Below are positions 46,401 to 59,869 of a stretch of 64,000 bases of DNA, one piece after another (position 1 is the first letter of the stretch; every line of letters begins with the position of its first letter). The stretch comes from Gekko japonicus (Eukaryota). A program made the translations under genes and the position numbers. The stretch is taken from contig NW_015161961.1 in NCBI RefSeq assembly GCF_001447785.1, positions 1,059,833 to 1,123,832 of the forward strand, given 5' to 3'. The notes under the pieces were generated by a model that searched no databases, was not told the DNA's origin, and worked only from the letters and a program-made list of their open reading frames with translations.

Positions 46401-48325
46401 ACGCTAAGCACTGTCTATGTGCATTCACTACACGTGGACACAGCACCTATACCTGTTCAAGTTGTACATTCTTTCCCCATCATTCTCAGTCATGGAGGTG
46501 GAGCGTACCTATATATATATCTGAGTATGTAGCCAGAGTGGGGTAGGGTCAGATTTAGGTTTGAATCCTCACTCTGCCATGGGAGTATGCTGGGTGACCT
46601 TGAGCCAGTCGCTTCAGACTAACCTACCTCGCAGGGTTGTTGTTATGGTAAAAATGGAGTAGAGAAGCATAATGTTTTAAGTGATATTGTGTCTCCATTG
46701 GGGAGAAAGATGTGGTGCAAGTAAAGCAAATCCAATATATAATAATTTAATCGATATAGCATAGGGAAGGCCAGTGTGCTCCGTCCTTCTCTTCTTTTGT
46801 ACATTTTGTCTTGTCCATTAATATGTCACACGTACAGGCTACTGATTCTTGTTCAGTGATGCAATACTAGGGTATACCTGAAAGCCTCCCTCTGCCCCCA
46901 AATATATCTTCAAGTGTCAATGCAGCAAAAATCCCATCTTGATTATTCTTTTTAGAGCAATGTTCATCTTCAGTGTCATGTCAAAAACCGTGCATTGCCT
47001 GCTAGATCGACTTCATAATTCCTGAAATAGGTGCTTAGGCAGAATATGAATTCTTATGAATGTTTAATCCCCCCCCATTCCTGATACTGTTGATGCAAAG
47101 TCAAATACATAGGCATGTATCTCACTTTAGGCTGAAGGAAGTTCCTCCAGGCTCCAGAGACTTCTTCCAATTTAAGTGGCTCCTCACTTGGAGGAAGTAT
47201 TCTTGGGCTTGAGAAGGCGTCAGACATTTTCCAGTGGGGTGGTAGACTCCATAGTCTGCATGGAGGTGCAACATAGCTCAGCAGCAGAGCACTTTCTTTG
47301 CCTGTAGGAGGTCTCTTTCAGTCCCTGGCATCTGCAGTTAAATGATGTCAGGTAACAAGTATTGGGACAGACCTCCCTCTGCCTGAGACTTGGGAGTGCT
47401 CATGGAAGACAACCATAGAAGTTACAGAAGATAATATTGGGATAAATCAATAGTCTAACTCTGTTCATGTATTCATACTTACGGCTTCATGTATTCATAC
47501 TTATGGCCTTCTGAAGTCTCTGCTCTGAAGTTTTACTTCTACATGCAAGCATTAATTTCTAACTCAGTATACAATATGCTTCACAGTTCTTCCTCCATTT
47601 ACACAAACCATTTGAGCCCATGACAAATTACATTTTGGCTTAGCCTATTTTGATTTGTGGCCACATATATATTTCCCGATGATGAATATCCACAATACAT
47701 GATTTTATAACTTGGTCGGGTTGCTTTGGTGCACAGCAGGGAGAAAACAAGGTGTGTGTGTTTGAAAGCACCCTGTGTAGTAAAGCATTCGTACACTCAC
47801 ACAATAAAAGCAGTAGTTATTCTGTGTTCTGGAACCTGTGACTGGACCAGGTTACTGGGTGCTTCTTCAGCTTGAAATGCAGGAGACTCTCAACAATGTG
47901 TATGCTTTGACTGGGAAGTGGTACTTGTGGACCGTAATGATGGTACCACAGCAGTATGGCAGGAGACGAAGAGTGGCCTCCAGTAGATTCCTTTTGTATG
48001 CAGAGGAAGTAGGGTTATGACCATAGTCTGTGTTGTATATTGTTTATTTTGGAAACACAGCTTATAAACCACACCGACCTGACCCCCGAAGCCCACATAT
48101 GCAAAGGGTTTCTGGTATCTCCCCCATTTATGGGGCTGATGGGGACAAATAAGGGACCAGTACAATCTCTGAAGTCAGTGTAGTTAGCTTAGTAGTGCAT
48201 TCAGCTCAGGGATATATTGTGAGAGAAGATACCACATTTGTTCCCAACCCTTCCAGTTACACATTGCTGTGGTGAGCTATAGCATGGGCAGCTGTTGTGA
48301 AAATGTCCCTTAATCGGTGTTGGTG

Positions 48326-48497
48326 GGAAGTGCCATCAAGTCACAGCTGATTTATGGTGACCTTGTTGAGTTTTCAAGGCCATAGATGTTCAGAGGTGGT
48401 TTGCCATTGCCTGCCTCCACATCTTGGCCCAACTATTCCTTGGTGGTGTCCCACATCCAAATACTAGCCAGGGCTGGCCCTGCTTAGCTTCCAAGAT
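48326..48497 (-). mobile_element. 5S rRNA-derived SINE (5'-truncated)
   Basis: Reverse complement ATCTTGGAAGCTAAGCAGGGCCAGCCCTGGCTAGTATTTGGATG; body matches the copy at 2055. Confidence 0.75.
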
Positions 48498-50750
48498 GTC
48501 CCTTAATTAGACCCAGGCAGTTTCACCAGCTAAGCCCTGAGGGCAATTCAGGATCATGCTGATGAGGAAAATTAGCATAACTTTCAGGGGGGGAAATAGC
48601 AAGGGAGGGAGCACAGAGAAAGTGTCTCATGAACAACTTGGATCAGCAGGTAATTACCATGCAGCAAGATACAGATGTCAGAAAGAGAGAGAGAGAGAGA
48701 GAGAAGAAACTTTCCAAAATTTCAGTGGAATCAGCAAAGCATTTCAGCAACAGGAGGTGACAGGTGTTACATTTCTGGGTGATTATAGCATACGCGGGTA
48801 ATGCTGTAAAATATCTTGGTAGCAGGCTCCACTGAGTCTCCTATCCCTTTTATATCCATCAGTCTCTAGTGTCTTTAATCACCTGAGAATGTAGAATTTG
48901 GTGTGGTTTATGAAAGAGTTTGGCTCGTGCAAGCCAAGGTAGAAAAAGCTGCCAATCAGAAGCCTTTTGTGGAGTATAAACTATAATATAATTAGCTCTT
49001 AGATTTTTTTTTTTAAAAGACTAGAGTGTTACAAACAAACCCTCCAGTAACCTTGGTCTTGGTTGGCTGTCCACATTGTTCCTCCAAATCAATGTCAGTG
49101 ATCTTTCACCTGCCGCTCAAGTAGGTGTCAGACTCTGAGGACAGAACCAGATTTTTAAAAAAGAAAAGGGAAAAAAGAACATGACATTTGCTGTAAGGAT
49201 CGAGCCTCCTCTTCTGCAGCATCATAGCTTTGATCTGAAACAGGACCTCACTTGGCTGCTATTTTGCTTTCAACATTACAAGGAAGATGTGTTCAGGATC
49301 TCCTAGCACCATATTTAGTTTGGCCTTCAGATGCCAACAAACATATCTCAAGCATGTATCCTTGCTGTGAACTTAAGTAGGTCTCACTCTGCCAAGGAAC
49401 CTCACAATGCAATCTTATGCAAAGTTACTCCAATCTAAGCTAATTGACATCAGTGAGATTGGACTGAAATAACTGCATAGAATTGTACTGTTACCTATAG
49501 ATGTAGCATATGGTTGGAAGGCACCTGATCTTGCTAAGCTAAGCAGGTGTGGATCTGGTCAGCAACAAGATGAGAGAACATGTAAAGCCCTATGTATGCC
49601 CTCTTGAGTCCCGTAGTTGAAAATAAATGGTAGTTCTGTTGAAGGAGGCCAGTGATCTCCGGCAGAAAGAATTCACAGCATGTCACTAAACTACATTTCC
49701 CAGAAGCAAAAACTGGCTGCTTGGCACAGACATTGCCCTTAAGTGCTCTGGACCACTATGGCAGAAATGCCCAGCCATAAAAATTGAGCCAGTGGGTACC
49801 CACCTGAGAGGAGTCTTGGTTGACATCCTTATTCTATGGAAGGGGTCCCCACTCTTGTTCAGCATGTAGTCCCTTTTAGAATTTTAAGAACATGGAATAG
49901 GCACCACCACAAAATGGCTGCCATAGTGTAGTGAGGCCCGTTACGAAATGCAGGGGGAAGTTGCAAGCCAAGCATCCTTCTACTGTGTTTCTATTTATTT
50001 ATTTATTACATTTATACCCCGCCCTCCCAGCCATGGCTGGTTCAGGGCAGCTTACAACAACATAAAAACAACAATAAATAGTATAATAATCACAAAACCT
50101 TATAACAATCACAACATTAAAACGTGCTAATAATAATAATAATCCAATGACCATTAAACAGATAACAATTTAAAATTACATCTGAGATGGCGCTCAGACT
50201 TCCATGACATCCTAGTGGTCGATCCCGATCTAATATTGTACGGGTGGCTCAGGCTGCTTTAAGAATTTCAGGAGACAGGGCATTCTCCCCAGGGGTGGCT
50301 CCTAATTGAACACCTGGCGGAACAGCTCCGTCTTGCAGGCCCTGCAGAATTGCATAAGATCCCACAGGGCTCTGATCTCCTCCGGGAGCTCATTCCACCA
50401 GAGCGGAGCCGCCACTGAGAAAGCCCTGGCCCTGGTTGTAGCTAGCCTGGCATCCTTTGGCCCGGGAAGGGTGAGTCAGTGTTGAGACCCTGATCGCAGT
50501 GCTCTCTGGGGAACATGTGGGGAAAGGCGGTCCCTCAGGTATGTAGGTCCCTGGCCATAAAGGGCTTTAAAGATAAGAGCCAGCACCTTAAAGCGAATTC
50601 GGTATGCTATCAGTAGCCAGTGCAATGTCTTCAGCACAGGCTGAATGTGCTCCCGTATTGGGAGGCCCATCAACAGCCTGGCTGCAGCATTTTGCACCAG
50701 CTGTAGTTTCCGAATTTGCGATAGGGGCAGCCTCATGTAGAGAGCATTAC

Positions 50751-51268
50751 TGTTAAGTATGCAACTCAACAACAAAGTAAGTAACAAGTGAATCAGCTTA
50801 TTTGAGAACGAGAACTTCCAAAGATCACACAGCAACAGACGACACACCACAAAACAACAGTGGAGCACAGATCCTTTCAAACTCTCCCGGGCTGGGGTAG
50901 CCACGCCCTTACACAGTTAACATCCAATGATTGGCAGGGCTCTTTTTGTAGCAGGAACTCCTTTGCATATTAGGCGACACACCTCTAATGTAGCCAGTCC
51001 GCCAAGAGTTTACAGTAGCCCCTGTAAGAAGAGCTCTGTAAACTCTTGGAGGATTGGCTACATTAGGGGTGTGTCGCCTAATATGCAAAGGAGTTCCTGC
51101 TACAAAAAGAGCCCCAATCACAATGCATGGATAACGTCCAATCATTAGTCTTCCCTCCAGCACAGACTCTTACATTTCATTGGTTACCGTACATGCTTCA
51201 GCCAATGGTGTTGTTAATCCGGCTGAGGTTTCAAGCTTTACATTACATGTCAATGGCAAGACACAACA
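50751..51268 (-). mobile_element. Solo LTR (Gypsy-like) in the L2
   Basis: TGTT...AACA termini, TSD ATTAC/GTTAC; splits the L2 motif DYCN-NAL. Confidence 0.75.
50935..51114. mobile_element. Palindromic MITE, copy 2
   Basis: Near-identical to 15386-15566. Confidence 0.85.
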
Positions 51269-53194
51269 GTTACAGTAGTCCAACCTCGAGGTGACCATCA
51301 CATAGATCACCGTTGCCAACTGGTTGCATTTAAGGAAGGGAACCAGCTGCCTAATCAGCCAAAGATGATAAAAGGCTGACCTGGCAGTGGCTGCTACCTG
51401 GGCCTCCATTGTCAAGGAGGCATCCAGGAGCACTCCCAAACTCCTAACCTCCGACGCAGAGCCCCATTGAAGGTCGGGAGTGGGATCCCTACCTTTGGTC
51501 CACCCTGACTCAGGCATCCAGAGATGGTTTTTTTAAGGAGGGGACGTACCACTGCTTCCTTAAGCGCTCCTGGGAACTATTTCCCTGAGGGCACCTTGGA
51601 ACCCCGTGCCATGATTCTGCAGTGATCAGATGGAGGAAACCTGGGATTGGCTCTTCACTTTGGGGAAGGAATTATTTGGGGAAGAAGCAAATAGGCACCA
51701 GGAAACTCATCCGTAGGTGCCACGATGCCCATGTGTGCCACACTGGGGATTGCTTTTTTATGGAATCTACTCCCCTTTGCACTGCATGTAGCCTCTTCAC
51801 TGAAAGCCTTAAAGAAGCATTTCTTTATTTCCCCCTTTCCCCCTCTAATGGCGATCCAAAGTGGCTTGTATCTTTCTCTTCTCCTCTGTTTTATCCTCAC
51901 AACAACCCTGTGGGGTAGTTTAGGCTGAGAGCGCGTGACTGGCCGAAGGTTACCCAGGAAACTTCCATGGCAGAGTGGCATTCGAACCTGGGTCACTAGA
52001 TGTTAGTCTTACACTCTAACCACTACATCATGCTGGCTCTTAAACCCTGTTCTGTTCCAAAGGTCCCCCCCCCCCCAATGAATTGGCCTATACTTTTAAA
52101 TGTTGTCGGGGTGCTGTTTATATATGGTTCTTAACTGGTTTTGATGTGTCAACTTTTTATACAGTACCATGATTATTTATTGTAAATAGAAAGATGAGAT
52201 ATGCATGTGAAGCAAGAAGGAAATATGGGGTTGTCAAGAGGTACCTTATAAAAGTATGAAAGACCCCAAAAGCAGTGATGGTTGTTTACATGACTCACTC
52301 TTGGATTTGTGCTAATTTAATTGCAAAATGTGGGAAAACAAACCAACACACACACCAAAGCATTAGCAAATTGCCTTTGACCATGTGTGCAGATGCTCAG
52401 ACATTCAGATTAAATGAGAATTGCAATTAACAAAAGTGGATCTGATAACAGGCAGCTCAATTTGAAGTGCCACTCAAAACTCTTTTGTGGGGAAAAGAAT
52501 CAAAGAAATCTTGCCGCCCTGGCAGCGTGCCCCCCCCCCCCCCCATGCAATGTGGGCTTTCTTTCTTTCTGTATGAAATTTAAAAGCCTTTACTATAACG
52601 CACAGAAAAGGAATAATGCTCTGCCACTCCCTAGGGAAAAAAAACACCTGGGATGTACCACTAAGACCAAGGGCACACCTGCTGAAGTTGTGATCCTGTG
52701 TTAACAGGAGTGTTGTGACTCTTGCATGAGGACTAACCAAGGAGAGGTTCCTACATTCTCACTTCTGGTTTCAAGACTATAAATAGGAGCATAATTTGCA
52801 CTGCCAGAAAAGAGGCGAGAGCACAGCGCCTATGCCTTCCCCTTCTCACTGGCATCATGACTGTCTCCCATCTGTAGTTCAGAAGGGGAAAGGGCCACAC
52901 AGGCTGCTTAGCAAGTGCTGAAGGCAATGATCCTTCTATCTCAAATGTCCTTAATAATACAATAGTGGATCATAGATATGGGGAGGTGTTAGGAAATGCA
53001 TTTCTCTTCGAAGGTTTGAACTGAGCAAAATCTTCACCTTGAGTTTGAAAACGTCTTTCTCTCTCTCGGCAGAGTACAGGCCGTGTGTGGGTGTGCGCGC
53101 ACATGTGTGCCGAGTCAATTGCTTGCCAGCTTCACCCACCAAGTATTTAGAGTATATAAACAGTAGGCCTGGCAAATACAATGAGATGGTCAAG

Positions 53195-53568
53195 TAGGGT
53201 TCTCAGGTGCCTATCTGCTGCCAGCAGGGGCTCCATGCCGCTGCCTGGGATCTTTTTATATGCATGCTGCAATGATGTCACCTGGAAGTGATGTCATCAT
53301 CCCGTGCATTTGTGCAGGGGACACTCTAGAATTTGGTCAAAAACACTATGGTCACCATAGAGTTTTTAGAGAAATGCTAGAGTGACCCCCACACAATGTG
53401 CCCAGCATGATGACATCACCTCCAGGTGATATCATCACTCTGGGCACATTGGGCACAGTGGTGTTCTTTGGGGGTGAGGCTTCCCCTGCCAGCCAGCTGA
53501 CCAGTGGTGGATTGGACCCCCCCAAAATTGGGGGAAAACCCGCCCCCATTGTGGGGATTGCAACCCTA
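53195..53568. mobile_element. hAT-type MITE (TAGGGTT..AACCCTA)
   Basis: Exact 8-bp TSD TGGTCAAG (53187-53194, 53569-53576). Confidence 0.85.
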
Positions 53569-55283
53569 TGGTCAAGTGACACACGCAAACCCCTCCAGCT
53601 AGACAGGTGATTTCTAGCAGGGAACACAGATTTGGAGGACTTAAGAGGCTATAAAGACTTCAGGAAAAATCTCCCAAAGATTTCAGGAAAAGCTTTTGAC
53701 CTGGTCTGATCAGCGGGAGAAGAAAAAGAGATGATAAAACTCCTGGGAGAAAGGGGCTTCATTTGTGCTGATTCCATCAAGGCAGGCAGAACTCTTACCT
53801 GAGGTTTGTGGGAGGCAGCCATTGCCACATGCTGTCCCACACATATGAGGAAAGGTTTCATGATAATGGGAACTCTGTAAAACATCTGTAACTTTCTAAG
53901 CTAAGGAGCCTGCTTTATATTTAACATATTATAGGGCATGCATAGAGGGAGGGACAGAGGAATTTCACTTTACTCTGTCTTTTGAATCTTTTGCTCAGTC
54001 TGGTGCTGTGCTGAGGGTTTGCTTGTGAACATTTACTTTTAAATAAATGCTTTATAAGTTTTGATGCTGGTAGTGGTTCTCTGTACCACATAGACTTCCA
54101 CCATCTTGGACATGCTATTATAAAAAGAGTGCCAGGGCAAAAAAGAGGGGTAGTCAGTGGGCAAATGGCTACTCCCCCAGTGATGCATAAGGCAGTGAGC
54201 CATCCCCATGATAACCAGATGCAGGATACAGCTGTGGAACATTGTGTAGGCTGCAAGCCTCTCAACTAGCTGTGATCAATAACACCAACAGAGCAACCTC
54301 AGTTTTCCAGAGGCATTATATTTGATCCATTCCCTTGTGTACCTTAAAACATAGCCCCCTTTCTGTTATTTATTTATTTACATATATGGGGTAATCATGA
54401 GTTCTGAGAGCTACTTTCCTCTGGCTTGTGGTCTAATAATACTGAGACAATGGTTCGTGGGACCTGATATACTGAAGTCTATGCCAGATATCTGCTTATG
54501 CCCATGTAAGAGTACATCTTGAGACCTAGCACAGGTACAGCAGCTGCCATTTTCACTGCAGGATCCATGCTCTTCTGTTCTACTGTGTCACAACTGAGCT
54601 CAGCCATTCCATGAACTCTTTGACAATGGAATGGGAGTGTATGTGGTGCTGCCAATGGCTCTGTAAATGCAAACCTACACTGCAGTCCTTTACTAACAAG
54701 GGTGTGTGTAATACTTCTAACCTACTTGCCAAATAAATCTTTATTTATTTGGTTTTGGGTGTAGGGTAGGCATTGTACAACATGGGACAATGGCACAGAG
54801 CCACTTCCAGGTGCATAACAAAAAGTGACATGGCAACAATGCTCTAGCATTCTCCCAAATCTCTATGGCTTTGCATGGACACTCCTCACCCCATTTTTCT
54901 TCCGCTGCTGCACTGGGCAGCAATGGGAACCTGGAGGCCAGGGTGTGAGGCTTCTTACATAGAAGGCCTACCAACTCAGGGTTTTCTGGAGAGATCTTCT
55001 CTGTTTGCCTCCTCCTTCAGAAGTGAAGAGGTGGGCTACATGGCATAGGGCCTTCTCTGTGCTGTCAGTCTGTGGAATTCCCTTTTCGTATACTTATGCT
55101 TGGCTTCCAGGCATGAAGTAAAAACCGTTCTAATTTTTTTTTTTTTGCAAGCTTTTAGTTGACTTTTCTTTAGGCGAGGGGCCTAACTTTCTTTCGGTAA
55201 TATGGCTATACTCACTTTTGATCTTTAGGAGGCAATTGAAGACAGTTTCATTTAGGATTGTATTTGATTAACTTACTGGCTGT

Positions 55284-55636
55284 TAGCACTGCCATTCCCC
55301 GACAGGGGCAGGGGTTTATCCGCTTTTGGGGGCCCCAATCTGCCACCGCCCAGGTGGTCGGTGGGGGAGCCCCACCCCCAAAGAGCCCCATCCACACCAA
55401 CATACCTGGTGTAATGGCATCACCCAGAAGTGACATCATCGCTCAGGGGACACTCTAGCATTTGAGAATAACTCTATGGTTACCATATAGTTTTTCTCAA
55501 ATGCTGGAGCATCCCCCCACAACATGCCCTGCACAATGATATCACTTCTGTGCGATGACATCAAAAAGTCCTGGGCATGGAGAGGGACCCCCCACACACA
55601 CACACACCGGCAGTCAGGTAAGACCTGGAAACCCTA
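55284..55636. mobile_element. hAT-type MITE, same family as 53195 in opposite orientation
   Basis: Exact 8-bp TSD CTGGCTGT (55276-55283, 55637-55644). Confidence 0.8.
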
Positions 55637-55994
55637 CTGGCTGTCCTAAATTACAATTTAAAATTTTGTTTTTAATGTTTTTAATGTATTCTGTGTTTTG
55701 TATCTTATCTACATTGTAAGGTGCTTTGAGTTCCATAAGTAGAAAGGCAGCTGATAAGTGTTTTAAATAAATTAAAAAATCTTATAACAACGATTGAGGA
55801 AGATGCCTATAAAGGGAAAGGGAATGTGGACTATATCACTGTGTGCGCCGTATGTATTTGTTTGCTTTATGCATTATCCTGCTCTCATTGCTATGTTTTT
55901 ATACTTATGTAACAATATTTTCTGCATTGTTTAACACATATTGTCTAATACGCTATGCTTTGTTTCTGTAACCCTAGTCCTAGTATGTTATGTT

Positions 55995-56290
55995 GCCAGA
56001 GGTTGTAGTGGTCACCAGAATAAACAGCTTTAAAAGTAAATTAGATAGCTTAATGGAAGATAGGTGTATCAGTGGCTACTAGCCATGGAGAGTGACTGAA
56101 GGGAACCTCCACATTCAGAGGCAGTCAACCTCTGAATCCCAGAGCCAGGAGGCAACTTCAGGGGAGCGTCTTGACCTCTATGCCCTGTTGTTGACCCACC
56201 AGAGTAACTGGTTGGGCATTGTGTGAGACAGGATGCTGGACTATATGGACCATTGGTCTGATCCAACAGGGCTCTTCTTATGTTCATACT
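55995..56290 (+). mobile_element. CR1 LINE 3' end
   Basis: GGATGCTGGACT..TGGTCTGATCCAACAGGGCTCTTCTTATGTTC, a CR1-type terminus. Confidence 0.7.
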
Positions 56291-57392
56291 TATTAGATCT
56301 CCTATTGATTACATCAATTTACTCTGTGTAATCCACTCTGAGTCTGAGAAAGGTGGACTATAAATATAGTAAATACGTAAGTAATTTCCAGTCTAGCACT
56401 GGTATTCTTACAATTGCAAAGAGAAACAGAAATCCCATAATGTATACACTAATGCTTTCTGTTGTATCTCCCTGCTGCCTATAAAAATACCTTTTAGAAG
56501 TACTCTGAAAAAAGCAACACACACCAGGGAAAAATTACTCTCAAGATTTCACTCTATTATTTTCCCTTTATTGCAACATGACACACCTTTGATAACAGAC
56601 AAATTGGTAAGATAGAGAAATATGCTCCCTGCGGCTCTGGCAAAGCTTTTTTTACGAAACTCCCGCAATAAAAATTGTTGAAGCAATGCCAGTGAGGTTT
56701 ATTATTGGAGTTGTCAGCTCCACCCCCAATGGCCAGACAGCTGCCTCCCTTGATTATTAAGAGACGACTTGGGGTTAAAGCTTTCTTCTGTGCATGTTGT
56801 CTCTCTGACCTTGACTCAACTCACTGTGACAACTACATGCATACAGTTCCAGCGTAATGTAAAATTATATTTAGACTGGCATTTCCATGTTTTCACTGTG
56901 TTATGATGAATAATAAGCCAGGATGTGTTGGTCAAGAGAAATGAGTATTGTGGCAGTGAGCTGGTACCCCATCAAAACCGATTGGCAGACATGAATGTCA
57001 ATAGGGATTATGACAAACACTGACGGGCAGGATTTTGGTAGGTGGTGGTAACAAATTCATGGATGAAATATAGGGATAGTTGCATGGGAAGGTGCTAAGT
57101 AAAATGATTGGAGTCTGGGGGCAGCCAATCAACATCAGCAGCCCATCTCCAATGGCTGGGCCTGCTGGTACAAGATCTCAGGAATGCCTGAGACAATCTA
57201 CAGGACTGTTCGGTAGCTACGCTGTGAAAAGATTTGAACCAGGGATCACAGATATGGCTAGCTTGCCCTGTACTGTACTGTTCTACAGCACAGTCTTTCC
57301 ATACGGGTTCTGTTGGCTGGTTTTGATACCAGAGCCAACAGACAATTCCAAGTGCCCATTTTCTTGTGCGTCTTGCTGGGTGTGTTGTTAGA

Positions 57393-57743
57393 GGGATGCG
57401 GTGGGTCAAAGGTTAAGGCGCTGAGCTGCAGACTGGAAGGTCTGTAGTTTGGCAGTTAGAGACCATAGTGCCACATGACGGAGTGAGCTCCCATCTCTGG
57501 CCCCAGCTCCTGCCAAACTAGCAGTTTGAAAGCAAGAAATTGCAAGTAGATAAATAGGTACCACTTTGGTGGGAAGGTAACAGCATTCTGTGTGCCTCGG
57601 CATTTAGTCATGCCAGCCACATGACCATGGAGAAGTCTTCAGACAGTGCTGGCTCTTCGGCTTGGAAATGGAGATGACCACTGCCCCCAAGAGTTGGATT
57701 CAACTGACTTTTGAGCAAGGGAAACCTTTACCTTTACCTTTTT
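57393..57743 (+). mobile_element. Sauria SINE (Squam1)
   Basis: GAGTGAGCTCCC..CCAGCTCCTGCCAA..GCAAGTAGATAAATAGGTACCAC..GGGAAGGTAAC, (ACCTTT)n tail. Confidence 0.9.
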
Positions 57744-57870
57744 ATGGTCCATTAAGTGAGGTATGGATTCTAGTCCTGCTGGCTCCTCCTATTTTGCTGC
57801 AGATCAGTTTGTTGTTGATCAAAAGGTGAGGTTTGTCTTATTCACAGCTTCCCACTTTGCGGGATTTGTT

Positions 57871-58226
57871 GGAATATACGGTGGCTCAAGTGGTTAAGAC
57901 CCTGAACTGCAGGCTGTGGAAGGTCAGTAGTTAAGCAGTTTGAGACCCGAGTGTGCTGCATGACGGAGTGAGCTCCCATCTCTAGTTCCAGCTCCTGCCA
58001 ACCTAGCAGTTCAAAAGCAAGAAATTGCAAGTAGATAAATAGGTATCACTTCAGTGGGAAGGTAACAGTGTTCCGTGCGCCTTGGTGTTTAGTCATGCTG
58101 GCCACATGACCATGGAAATGTCTTTAGACAGCGCTGGCTCTTCGGCTTTGAAACAGAGATGAGCACCACAACCCTAGAGTCGGATTCGACTGGCTTTCGA
58201 GCAAGGGAACCTTTACCTTTACCTTA
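57871..58226 (+). mobile_element. Sauria SINE (Squam1), second copy
   Basis: Same diagnostic motifs and tail. Confidence 0.9.
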
Positions 58227-59456
58227 CAAGGTCTATTGTGTAAGTACTTGAAGAAGATCAGAAGCCCAGCCTACAGGGGACAGCTGAAGGACCACTAGTT
58301 AGCATAGCTAGATTAGGGACTTCCCACAATTTCAAATTATGTCCTTCCTGTCTCCTGATTGGCTCTTTGGAGACTTCCTGCTCTGATTGAGCCCTCCCCC
58401 TTTGTTCCTCACAGCAGTTAGTCAGTTAAGCCTCTCTCCCTCTCCCCTGTTCTATCAGAGTTTATTTCTTCTTTACTAAACCAAGCTATTTTCTTTAAAC
58501 AGTTGATGCTCTGTTCTGCTGCTTGTTTCAACTTTGCCAATAGGATTCAGAGCCCTCTCACTCCTGGTAGTAATATGAGTGCTTTCCCCAGGTGAGCTAT
58601 TGGGGGAAAGCAGCAACAACAGTAAGACCAGAAAAAGGAAAGAAAAAAAAAGAACAGAAATCCTGAGTACTCTAACATACACACATACATGCTCAATGCA
58701 TGGATAAATCAAAATATTTTTACCTGGCACATAAAACTTAACAAAGGGCCAGGCAGATAAGTGGCAGGAAGGGTGTTCTCCAGTGAAGGACTGATATCAT
58801 TGTGGACATCATATTATGATTATGGGTGTTGGATTCCATCTATCATCTGCCCGGTAGGAATCCAATCTCCCTCTGCTCCATGGGATTTGATGTAACAAGA
58901 GTTACAGTCAAATTTTAAAGATTTTCATTGATTTTTGGTGTGCAAAACCCAAGGTGTAAAGGTAGACTGGTCCTTTCCCCTTTGTACCATTTTTATCCAG
59001 TATCAACAGAGGCTATAGGCAATGGGGAAAATGTTTTCTAAGTGCCATGGTCACATGCTTCTATGAGGTTGTGGAAGAAGCATCTCCAGTGGTTTACCTA
59101 TGGTTCTCTAGTGTACACCAAATATACCAAGCTTATTTTCTGATGTCCCTAGGTGCACATTTCCACAAGTCACAGATCATTGGAAAAGCATTTCCTAGTC
59201 TTCAAGTAAGAATTGCTAGTGTCAACATTTTAATATTTATACAGTCACTATCATTAGACTATCTAATGTAATATTAAAATCCATTATATTACAGAATCTC
59301 ATGTCTGCGCTTCCCTAATTATGTTAAATGAGTTTGTCAGTTTTGGTGACAAATACTTAGGAGAATGTTTCCTTTTGCTCTTGGATATGCTTGTGCTATT
59401 GTGTATATAGAGGCAAACTTTGTTTGTGTGTGTGTAAAACATCAAGTATGATTTCA

Positions 59457-59762
59457 TGTTTATACTGGGTTCAGATGCATTCAAGTGATCAACTCATAAT
59501 TTATTAGTGATTCAGCAGGCTCAGCAGGAGAAAGAAGACTGAGAAACCCCTGGTGGAAGTCGGGTATTTATGCCTGGAAAAGGTCATACCCAAAACACAC
59601 CCCGCTCCCAACTATAGGCTATTTACACTACATTGTTTCCCAACTGGGTTACTTTAGGATCCCTGTCACTCTACTGGTCGATTCTAGGATCCTAGCAAGC
59701 TATTGTTAAGCATCCAAAAGCTAAGTCTTTTTGCAAGTATAGTTCAGGCTCAATACATAACA
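59457..59762 (-). repeat. 3' LTR of the Gypsy element
   Basis: TG..CA termini, direct repeat of 63643-63940, adjacent to the PPT. Confidence 0.9.
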
Positions 59763-59869
59763 CCCCTCCCCCCAAAGTTCAAAGCCTCTTCAACTGACAA
59801 AGTCCTTTAAGTAGGCTGGCCTGTGTCCCTCATGGTTCGAGTGGTGCGGTTCTGACGATAGGGCCGAGG

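Larger units (their letters stand above)
49990..51517 (-). mobile_element. L2 LINE 3' part, interrupted by a solo LTR
   Basis: RSLGVLLDASL..VTSRLDYCN / NALYMRLP..LQLVQNAAARL..LHWL..RIRFKV; (TAAA)n tail. Confidence 0.9.

Noticed and set aside
47838-48020. Possible small exon
   Set aside because: No recognisable homology or convincing splice signals
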